Source of the DNA: Enoplolaimus lenunculus
Lineage: Eukaryota
DNA length: 64,000 bases
Direction: 5' to 3'
Assembly (NCBI GenBank): GCA_030248215.1
Contig: JASANG010000957.1
Span: 62,001 to 126,000, forward strand
Position 1 is the first letter of the stretch; each line of letters starts with the position of its first letter. This document shows positions 42,001 through 53,997 of the stretch, piece after piece. Under the pieces are notes generated by a model, which saw nothing but the letters and a program-made list of their open reading frames with translations, searched no databases and was not told the origin of the DNA. The translations under genes were made by a program, and so were the position numbers.

Positions 42001-45000
42001 AATAAATAAATATATTTAAATAAATAAATATATAAATATATAAAAATATATATCATGATTTTATCCCCACGAATTCATATTAATTGAGGCATAAAACGTG
42101 ACAAAAATCGCTGCACACGGGGATGTGATCGGATCAGAGTCCACCTTGACTGTTTAGCGATGCGATTGTCAAATCTGCCCAAATCTAAATCCAAATTCGA
42201 ACTTTTGTTGCTACTCTGCTTTGAATGCCAATGCTAATTCCTATAATCTACACTGTAAATTTCAAATAGTTAATTAATCTACTCAGACTGAAAATTAGTT
42301 ATTTCGGAGTTAATAACAGTAAACTTGAACTCACTCTGAATTGAGTTGATTCTTACTGTGAGTTGAGTTGACGGCGGGGGAGTTGATGATTTAAATTAGA
42401 ATGAGTTGAATCAACTCAAAATTATGTGTTCTGATAGTCCTAATTCAAACTGAGTGATTCTCTGAGTTAAAATCAACTCAATTAAATTTACAGTGTAACC
42501 TAAGATAGTCTCTTTTGAAAGTGCGAAGATATAAGGGGCCTATGTACAACCGACATAGAGTTAATCAATGGAAAGAAACATTGGTACGACAAGCATCCAG
42601 AGGAACGGTCGCAGGATAATCGTCCTAACCGACCATTTTTATGACGAAGTATACGGTCTGGGGACCGAGGAAAATGGGACAATTTCTTCTGGGGTGGAGT
42701 GGTCCTGTGACACCAGTGTTGAACCCTGATAAGTCCAACGCTTATGATTATGGCCGGCCTAAATTTTATATTGTGTACGGTGAATTCTATGCATAACAAG
42801 TATTTGTTAAGTATAGAAAATATTAAAAATATTGAGGAATGTGTCTATGTACTCTGTAAAAACACTCTACTTAAAATACTTTAGCTATATTTTACTAAGT
42901 TTTTTAAGTATAAGTGTACTAAATATTGAGTTAATCTTTGCTTAAATAATGTAAATAAGTAAAACTACTGCTGTCATTTCCTGATTAATTAAGTAAATGT
43001 GAAGCTAAGAATTTTGTGTTTGCTTAAAATTATGTAAAACTTTGCCATGCACCATAGTAAGTAAAACCGACACTTAATTCGGTAACAGTTTTACTTTATT
43101 TTAAGTAATTTTTAGTGAGTAAATAATGGCAAGTTGCAATGTCAGAATTATTATTACCAAGAGTGCCTGATACAAGAGCATGCAACTCTTGGGGTTCCGC
43201 ATGAAACAAAATGTACCCAGCATTCGTTGCGTTTTTGACCGACCCCCTTATTTAGAAGGGAATACAACCTGTGCGTACCGTGACAGTGCATGTGTCTGAA
43301 ACCAAATTGGTCCGCTTATACGTTAACTTATGGGTATTGCATGTGACACGCGGCCCACCTTGGAAACAAGGGGGGTCGGCTAAAAACGCCACTCCCGATG
43401 GTACAGTGGTGCCACTGCGCAATCCCAAGAGTTTCATTTTCTAGTATCACGCAGTCCTGCTATTAACCCTCTCACTCATAGAGTATACTATGAGCAACTA
43501 AATACAAAAATGCACGAGCAATACGCACGCTGTAAGCAGTGTTTAACGTTTATAACATATATGCACTGTGCAAAATCTCCACAAGACCTGATAGCCTACT
43601 CGGGCTCGAGCGTCAAGCTCCTATAGCTCAGTGGTCATCGTAAACGCCTCCCACCCTTGAGACTGGAGATCGAATCTTACCTTGAAATCACATCTCATAC
43701 GGAATTGAAAATATTCATGTGAAAAGGGATTAATAATCACAAAATTGCTCACAACAATTGTTAGCAAGCTGACTTAATACACATCATTTACTTAATAACA
43801 CTACAAAGTGGCAACATTTCTCAAACTTTAGGTTTTCTTAGACTAAATTTGAACCTAAACCTACTTATAGTCTTTACGATCAAATCGTGCAATATTCTCA
43901 TCTAGCGAGCCTGACCCACCAGCGCCATCGACACCGAATCCACCACTGCCCGACGTGGCTACCGATCCTGGACTTGGCCCGAACGGTGGTTGCGGGGTCG
44001 GCTTTTGTCGCCGGAGAGTTATGCCGACTGTGGCGGTACTTGATAGCGACGGTACTCCTTGATCTTTTGCATCAACGTATAACTGGAAACAAAATAAAAT
44101 AAAAATAAACACTAATACTGCGAAAAATAATAAAAACGAATAAATTAATATTATCTATTGCACTATAAATTCCAGTGAGTTGATTTTAACTCAGAATAAG
44201 TTGAATCATGTAGTCTGAGTTAGGACTATCAGAACTAACAATTCTGAGTTAATTCCACTGTTTCTGATTTAATCAATCAACTTCCACGGAGTCAACTCAA
44301 CTCACTGTGAGAATCAACTCAACTCAGAGTGATTTAAACTTTACTGTCATTAACTCACAAATAACTAACTTTCCGTCAGAGTTGATCAATTGACTCGTTG
44401 GAATTTACAGTGTGAGGGGGAATTCTTTTAATCTTTTTGCATACACAAAGTTCAATGCATTGAGTGGTGTGTCTTTATGCAGTTGACAAAAATTAGCTTA
44501 AAAGGATCTTTATTTAAAATAAGCAACTTAATTTAATAAATACTTGATTAATGAAAAAGGCTCAGGCTTAGGCTCAGGTTTACGCTACAAGCATATACCT
44601 AAGCCTAAGCCTAAAGCTTATACTTGGGAAATTTACGAACAGACGTGTGTTGGGTACTTATTGCGTTCTGTCAACTTAACGCTAATGAAGAAGTAAGTGA
44701 AACAAATTTTGCAATTTTTATCCTCAGAAAATTTGGTAAAAAATGATGATGTCCCTACCTTACAATTTTTCATGCCAGAAAATTTTTTGCTGATAAAATG
44801 GTAAGGTCCCCCTTTTTATGTAAAAAACGATGAGGTTCCCATCGTTACAATTTTTTGCAAGCATACAGTAAAAATTGCGTTTCATAACATTTGCCAATCT
44901 GTCCCCAAGTCAGAAATATGTGGGATCTGCCGCTGGAAGCCAGACATTTTTTTGTATTAAATTCCAAGAATTAATAATTTTGGGGGCTTAATCTTGGCCC

Positions 45001-48000
45001 CCAAATTACCGAAACTTTGTGAACTCAGCGAGCTAAAAGTACTTTTGCGTTAAAACCGCCAAAAAGTTTCAATTTTGTGCGTCTCTCTAACCTTTCACCC
45101 CTCAACCGATGTCCCTACACTGTAAATTCCAATGAATTCATTTATCAACTCAGACGGAAAGTTAGTTACTTCTGAGTTAATAGCAGTAAACTTTAACTCA
45201 CTCTGAGTTGACTTGATTCTCACTGTGAGTTGAGTTGACTCCGGGAGAGTTGATTAACTAAATCAGAATTATAGTTGAATCAACTCAGAGTTGTGAGCTC
45301 TGATAGTCCTAACTCAGACTGAGTGATTCAACTCATTTTGAGTTAAAATGAACTCACTGGAATTTACAGTGTGGGGGTGATAAATTCGTATCAATAATTC
45401 TACTCACCACAAGATCTTGTTGTGGGACGGTATTCAATCTTTTCGCAACGGTAATTACTCCAGTTGTTTCATCGATTGTGAACAACGTTTCTGCGCCTTC
45501 GAGACCTTTTAAACTGTACCGGATTTCGTTGTTCGGAGCCTAAAATAATTCAAAAACAACATTGCGGCTCAAGAGCCACGGCCGGGTCTAAGACTATAAG
45601 AATGTTAACCGGTACGTGGCTGAACTGGCACTAAAAATCAACCCTTACATTTTGATATAAACCTGTCCAGTACTGATTATTTCGAAATATATTATAACCA
45701 ACATTTTTTAATTTTGTTCAGTGGCCCAAATAATTCCACCAAGCCCGCTGGGCAATTTCTCGAGAAGGCAAGAGGGCCAATGCGGCCCTGGAATGTAATG
45801 GTTCCAGTGTTCTCCAATCCCACGAAAATAATTATTATTAATACATTACATCGCTAAATACCGTGAAAGTTCTTTTTTCTGACTGCTAAAGCAGCCCATA
45901 ATTACTAAGCAAAACAGGTGCTGTAGTGACCCGAATAAGAGGGGGTGGGACTGATATTTATTTGGCCTCTCCAGAGGGTACCCCCCTTGTTATTCGGTTA
46001 CGGACTGTTATTTAGAGATCTGATTTTAACTCAGAATGAGTTGAATCACTCAGTTGGAGTTATCAATTTTATTCTGAGTTAATGAATCAACTCACCCAAA
46101 GTCAACTAAACCCAGTATCAACTCAACTCAGAATGAGTTAATGTTTTCATATTTTTTCCATCAAATTTACATATTTTGCTAGTTAAAATCAGGTATTTTT
46201 TGAAATTATTTTTGAACGAAAATGTCAAAAATTCATAATCTTATTGAACTCTTACAAGTCAAACAAGACTTACTGTAGCATCTTGATCATACGCTGTAAC
46301 TTGAACAACCCCAGACCCTATTTCAGCGTTGTCTGATAATGTTACGGCATAATTTGAAGGCTGAAACGTTGGCATCCAATCGTTTATATCCTAAAATACA
46401 ACAAAAATTGTCCAATCAGCGTAACAGTAGTATAAGCATATTCCTACGCCGAAGCCTTAAACCTCGACATGCTAATGATGAGCGTAATAAGCATTGTCTT
46501 TAGCTTAAATCTAATCAAAAAATAGTTTAAAGATTAAGCTAATTCTATTGAAGTCCCGTAGAATAACAGTACACCCCTCAAAGTAACATACGGTAGATAT
46601 TCAAGTTCTGACCGTTTATACAGAACGTAATTATACATTTTCAGCTCCAGTACGTTGCCTGTGTTTATTAAGCCCTACGGCGTCGGACGGTACTGTGCGG
46701 GTGACGGACGGCGCCGGATGGCATTGTGCCGGTAACGGACGGCGGTCGTACGTCAACAAGGGTATAGCGGAACCCTAACATGCACATGGACCTAACGATA
46801 TTTGTATACCTTGCAATGTATTCTATGCTTGCAGGCAACATACCACGTGTCATAGTCGACGATAAAAATAGTTGAAAATTGGACCTGCTCATGCTGCTCA
46901 CTTTCTAGACCGTTCGTCTTGACGTCTGCTACATCGTGAGCACTGATGCCTTAATTGAATCTGGCTACAACTGAACACTTACTACAACTTTAACAATGAC
47001 AGTAACTTCAGTATTTTGACCAGGTTCCGGCTGGCTTAACGAAGTGTCAGCATCAGCTGTTGTTCCGATGACAAGCGTATGTGATTGCGCTGATTCAGCG
47101 TTCAAATTAGCTAACGTTCGAATTACGCCTAAATGTACAAAATTAGTTCAATTACAACTACGGGCGATGTTGAAACAATTCGGTCAATTCAGTGTTCCCG
47201 ACTGGAATTAAATTTTTCCGGAACAGGAGTTTAATTTCTTTTTAGGAACCGGAACTGGAACAGGAACCGGAATTTGAAATCATTTTCATCACCGAATTAC
47301 TGTTGGACTTTTCAGATAACTTGCCCAAAAAATGGCTTAATCGAATTTTGAGCTATTTCATCATCAAGTTTTGCGAAAACACAACAGAAACAGTTCAGTA
47401 ACAAAATTGGAAGTAATTGGAAAAATGTTGATATTGAAATAACAATTTTTTAAAGGCAAAGTTTCCAATATTTAAGTGATTAAGCATAAGTTTCTACAAA
47501 ACTGTGAAAATTCCGGTTGCTGCATCTTTGAATACAGGATCAGAAACAAAAACAGGAATTGAAATTTAGCAGGAATTCCGACCGGAACGGGAATTCTGGG
47601 TGAACCCTGATATATAGAACAGGAAAACATTTAATGTAAGCGAAAGTTTTCAAAAACTTCATCCCCTTGTTTGAGTAGATAAAAACCAGGGGCGTACCGA
47701 GAAGAGGGGCCGAGGGGGCCGCACCCCCCACCAATCGGAATCAGTACTTGCATCATATACGAAAATTACGCATGGTTTCTCGCTCGCTTCGCTCGCAATG
47801 TTTTTCACGAATCAATTTTCGAAGAAATTGCATGCGGCGCTATTCAAAGGTAGACATCAATGTAAGGCGCAGGCCTGACAGGGTACGGCCCTTCCCAATC
47901 AAAATTTCTCGGTACGCCACTGTAATGGCGGATTCATGGGGGCCACCCCGGCCGTGGCCCCCCCAACAGCATCTTGACAAAAATTGTATAGTGTCAATTG

Positions 48001-51000
48001 TTGTTCTACGCTGCTTTTCTGTTTTATACACAATAGTATAAGCACGCATTAAAGCTTCGATCTCACCTTTATTTGGCCTTGAAGTCATTTATGCGCTACA
48101 ATTAGGGATAATAGAAATTTATGGACTCTAACACGGGTTTAAGGACTCTACCCTCTTACGGACTTTTATTAGGGAAACGGACTCCTATTAATTGGGCTCA
48201 AAATCGGAACCCCCTCTTATTTGGGTCATTACAGTAGGGGTCAAAAATATGTTTATTACCTGTGAAATTTTGCCCCCCCCCCATTTTAAGATCCTGGCTC
48301 CGCCACTGCGCCACTGATAAAAACATGAAAATTTTTACACTTTTTTAAGTATTCTAAAATGAAATATTGTTTTTAATCAATAAATTAAATAAATTACACA
48401 AGTTTTTTTACAATATTCATATTATAATTGGCTAACCTGTTCTGGCATCAACAGCGAACAAAGTCGGATCGCCTTGTTTAAGGACGTACGATATTATGTC
48501 ATTTGAATCCGGGTCGGAAGCCTAAAATAGCAAAAAAATATTTACCCTGGACCAAAAGTAGTCAAAGAAAGATGAACCCTGTCATTTAAGGGACTGGTTT
48601 CAAAAACTATTGAAATCTGTATGTAATGTCAGTCTCGCGTTACCATTGGTTTGGATTGCACTCGTGTGCAACCCAAACTAACGGTAACGTGGGACTAACA
48701 TTACTAGAATTAGAATAACGTTAATTCGTCACTCAACAACCCGTTGACCGACAACTTGACGCCCATCATTAACTATAGGCTTTTAGGATCAAGATCATTG
48801 TTAAAAACGTGGTTAGATTTTTATGCTTAGGCATAGGCAGCTGTGGATCGTCAAGTTGTCCGGCGACCTGATTGTCGTAGATTCGTTTGCAACCTTTACG
48901 GCCGTCTCGGTTTCCAGTGGGTCTATAAAAGAGTAGGCTTAGATTTTAGACTACATTGTTTTTGCTTCGGCTTATGAATGTAGTTTTTTCAACACATAGG
49001 CTTAGGCTTAGGAATACGCTTAATCTACTGTTTTACAGTTCAAGTAAACACTGACCATAGTTGTTACCTGGGAGGACCAATAGCAAATTGTATTGGAACT
49101 CAATTTTAAATCTAATCATCTATTCAATACGCTCAACATTTAATAGTTTTTAGCATTGTACTGTAGTGACCCAAATAAGGGGGGTAATAAGTGGGGGTCT
49201 CTATTTTCAGTCCCAATCAATAGGAGTCCGTATCCCTACAAGAGTCTGTAAGCGGATAGAGTTCCTTAACCCACATTAGAGTCCATAAATGTCAATTATC
49301 CCTAATTGTAGCGCATAAATGACTCCAGGACCAAATAAAGTTGTGTTCGAATTTTTAATGCGTACTTAAGTTTTGAAAGTAACATTCCTGTATAACCTTG
49401 CATGATCGCTCAAGCTTTTTATACAAGACAAATAAACGTTTAATTCAACGGATAATTGCAGCACCGGATATATATCAGTAACGAAGGGTTGCAGAGCATG
49501 AGTTAAAAATAAATAACAGTCCGTAACCCAATAACAGGGGGTGCCCTCTAGAGAGGCTAAATACATATCAGTCCCTCCTTTTATTCGGGCCTACTACAGT
49601 ACAAAAAATTACTGTAAATTCTATAAAAATTAAAAATGAATTAAAAAATATTTTTGCTTACTTTGACGGATGTTAACGCAACTGGGCCAATATCTTCCGG
49701 TACTGCCAGTTCGTAGTAATTTTGTTCAAAAATTGGCGCAGCGTTTGCTGATTTTTCAACGTTAATAATCACATTTGCGGTATCCTGAAACAAAAATCAC
49801 AAGTGAATATTTTGATATGTTAAGAGAAAAATAGTTGAATATATTCCTGCCCTTAAGGAACTTAAGGCCAATGTAAAGAACAAGGGCGGAACAGTAGTAT
49901 AAGCATATTCGAAGGCCTAAGCCTAAGCCTAAGCCAGGCAAAAAATTAGTCTAAAGCTTAGGCATACTGTATTGCAGTCCCACAGAAAAACGTTCCGCCC
50001 CTGATCTTTACATGGGTCGAACTTAATATAATTTTTTGATTTTCAGAGGTCAAAAATTGTTGTAGCTCGTTTATGTCCGCTCGGAAAGTTCTGAAATGCC
50101 ATTAAAATATCCCTGCTGATATGATATTGTGAATATTGTCCCTAAGCCTAAGCCTAAGGATGAGCCTATTCATAAGCCAAAGCTTAAGCCTAAAGACAAT
50201 GCAAAAACGTTAGTCTCAAGCTTAAACTGACTCTATTACAGCCACGAAGGAAAACGAATCGGCCCTGTTCTATACATGGGCCAAAAACCTGTACCCGTGT
50301 CAATTGAAAAATTAGGTATGTTTCGTCTCGTTAATCGTGCACTTAGTCCCGTTCTAATAATTACTAGTCAACGTGGTTGCAATATTTATAACCAGCGCCA
50401 GCATACTTAACGCAAACAAAACACAATAATCATAGAACTATACACATAAAAAAATTAATGAATACATTTAATTTGCACACGTTTATATAATTGAGCTGGA
50501 ATGTTGCCCAAAATACGTATGCGGGGCGTTCCACCGTTAATTATATAGATATATTCAAAGTTTCCTAATACTTTGCTGACCACAGCAAGCTTTATATCCG
50601 CCTCCCACAACTGTATTTGCAAACCTACATTCTAGGTGTCATCGCTCTAGCGTTCAAACAATAACAATAGTACCTCGTGCAGTTTAAAAAAGTCCTATAT
50701 TAGGTTCGCTAAAGACCAGCCAGGGTGCGATCCTGTTAACACGTCCTATAACAGGATTGGGATTACGGGATATATTCGTTCCGCAAACTTTAGGAAACAC
50801 ACAAGGTATATTTTAACAAGCGTTAGGGTTAATATTACGAGCCTTAGACGCAAGAAACTTGTTTCCATTGCAACGCTTATACCAAAAATTGTCTACGTTG
50901 TAGGCCCTGAACCAAAGGGATACCTGGACGCTCAACCTTTTACCTGGAAAAAGTTTAGCCACCCCCTAGAAAATTTTCAACCTTGCTTGTATTATAAGTC

Positions 51001-53876
51001 AACGAAAACCCTTGTATGTCCGTCGTGAAATTTTTTTCCCTCCTAGTAAGGTGAGCTGGCTACTTACGTGCTACGCGGTATTTATACCATCCCGAAATGA
51101 AATCTTTGTTATTAATACTACTTCTAAATCATGTGCTCTGGGACTTGATTCTGTTTTCTGCAGTGTTCATGTGATTTCCAAAGTCTGCAAAGCCTATTAG
51201 GCAATTCCTTTGTCTATCTGTCTATCATTCTGTTTCCTTCTCAACATAATAATATATTACCGACAACGGTTGACTGCCTGCATCTGTTGCAACAACTTGG
51301 AGTCGACCCGTCTGTGATCCGGTTCCTGTGAGCGGTGAAGCAACGAAAATCGTTCCATTTCGAGGATCGATTGTAAAAAACCTAAAATTTCCCACAATTA
51401 CAATTTGGTCCACGCTGGACGCTTAGGTCCAACGGTGCCAATCAAAATGCTGGGTTGACTTGAACAGGGTACGATCCAGCAGAAACAATATGAAATACGA
51501 TGTTGCAGTTGCATATTTCACATTTCGAAAACAATTTGTTAGGACTGCACTATACTCTAGTGAGCCGAACGCGGCCGTGTCCCGCTGCGCGCCGTTATGC
51601 GTTGCTAACAAAAATATACGCAAAATCGATTTCGTATTCCACGCACCGATGCGCAGCGGCTTGCGGCGACACACGTCGATAATAGTGTAACCAAGTAACA
51701 TCCGATCAACACAGACACTTTGAGCAGTGTTTACCAATTCTAACATATATGTGCAGTGCAAATTCTCTACAAGACGTGAGAGCCCCCTCGTGCTCAAGCG
51801 TCTCATGCTCCTGTGTCAAAAATAAATAATTTGAGTCATGAAGAAATAGTCAACTTTCGGCTTTGCACGAGCCCTGATATGCACAAAATCCTTGAAGGGT
51901 TATTGAAGCTCATTAAATATAAGTAATATCCGAGCAACACGGACACTTTGAGCAGTGTTTAACAATTCTAGCATATATGCGCAAAGACGTGAGAGCCCCT
52001 TAGTGCTCGAGCGTCCAGCTACTATAGCTGAGTGGTCATCGTAAACGCCTCCCACCCGAGCGACTGGGGATCGAATCTTACCATAAAATTACATCTCACA
52101 TGAAATTGAAAATATTCTTGTGAGAAAGGGTTAGCGGAAAAATTCTCAGTTCAAATCTTTGACGACCGTTCCTATGAAAAAGTAGCATTTGGACGTATAC
52201 ATTGGTGATAGAAGGAATATATCCGACCGAAATTTCTATAGTCTTAAAAAAGACGTACAGACTTAAGGGTCCAAGTATAGAACAAGGCGCCGGAACAATA
52301 GTACAAACATATTCCTTAGCCTAAGCCTAAACCTACGCGTAAGGATCAGCCTATTCCTAAGCCTAAACCTATCGTAAGGATGAGCCTATTCCTAAGCCTA
52401 AACCTACGCGTAAGGATGAGCCTATTCCTAAGCCTAAACCTATCGTAAGGATAAGCCTATTCCTAAGCCTAAATCTAAGCGTAAGGATGAGCCTATTGTT
52501 AATAAGCCTAAACCTAAGCCTAAGCAAAAAAAATTTGTCTAAAGCTTAAACTGACTCTATTACAGCGCCGCCGGAAACCGATCCGGCCCTGTTGTACACA
52601 TGTGCCCACTTAAGTACATATAAACGTCGCCCAGGTCAAAAAACAAGTTCTCGTTGGCTACGCTTGCTCGCAAAACAACGGTTCACAGAAGATATTCTTT
52701 TCCGAAACGAAATCGTTGCCACACCCCTGACCATCGTAAAGGTTTCCACAGTAAACCAAAACAACTTTTTGAAAAACGTACGGCGTAGGTTCCAAAATTC
52801 GATAACTCAACTGAGCGTTCGCCCCATCGTCTGGATCGACTGCCTATAAACATATAAGTGTTTAACTTAAATGACCCCTGAAAAACATTGTTCAGCGACC
52901 GCAGGGTCGTCAAGTGTTGTCGACTCTGCGGGTTGATTTTGGTGTATATGATCTATGGCCCATGTTACTTTAAGGGGCGTAAAGGTTTCTGGCGGGTCTA
53001 TAAAACAGTGGGTTTAGATTCTAGATTACATTTTTTACTTAAGCTTAGGCTTAGGCTTAGGAATACGCTTAATCTGCTGTTTTACGCCCCTAAAAGTAAC
53101 ATTGGCCGATCAATGTTTCCAAAGTTATTTCTTAAACGCAGATGAGTTGAAATTGTCGCCACTGAAAATCGGTTGAAGATTTTTCGGGCGAAAATAGAAA
53201 AAAATCAATTGAATTTATGAGAATACCAACATTATTAATACAATTATGCGGCGTTCACATTAAAAACAAAACTCGTGTTGTGCGTATAACCATATTCCTA
53301 AGCCTAAGCCTAAGCCTAAGTCTAAGCACATGGATGATCCTATTCCAAAGCATAAGTCTAAGCCTAAGCCTAAGCAAAAAAATTAGTCTAAAGCTAAAAC
53401 TGACTCTATTATAGCCCTTCGAAAAACGATTCGGCCCTGTTCTATACATGGGCCAATTATTATAAAAACGGTGTAATTGTGCTCCAAAACTAACAACTTA
53501 ATATTAAATTATATAATTTCTACGACAAATGTTCCATAAATTGAAGCGAATATCGTAATTTTACCCCCAGCCAAATATCTGGCCGCCCCACGGTTAAAAA
53601 CCAACCCCCACGTATCACAACTAAATTGTGTCTAACAATCCGCTCTCGTCGACACCCGGAATATGTTACCGTCACAGCTCCTAACGCTGTCCCAGGAGGT
53701 GCATTATCAGGAACAGTGAACACAATTGGCTGGGGCGCAACAAATCTTGGTCCGTTGTCGTTTTCATCTCGAACAGATACACGTATTACGGTAGAATTGC
53801 TCTGAAAACAATCAAAATGTGTAGTAATTATAATAATAATAATATTATTATTGTTATTATTAATAATAATAATAAT

Positions 53877-53907
<31 letters not shown>

Positions 53908-53918
53908 ATAATAATAAT

Positions 53919-53949
<31 letters not shown>

Positions 53950-53960
53950 ATAATAATAAT

Positions 53961-53997
<37 letters not shown>

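Noticed and set aside
42500..42799. 99-aa minus-strand ORF as an extra cadherin exon
   Set aside because: No cadherin motifs, flanking exons already join in phase, and part resembles the repeat at ~40792
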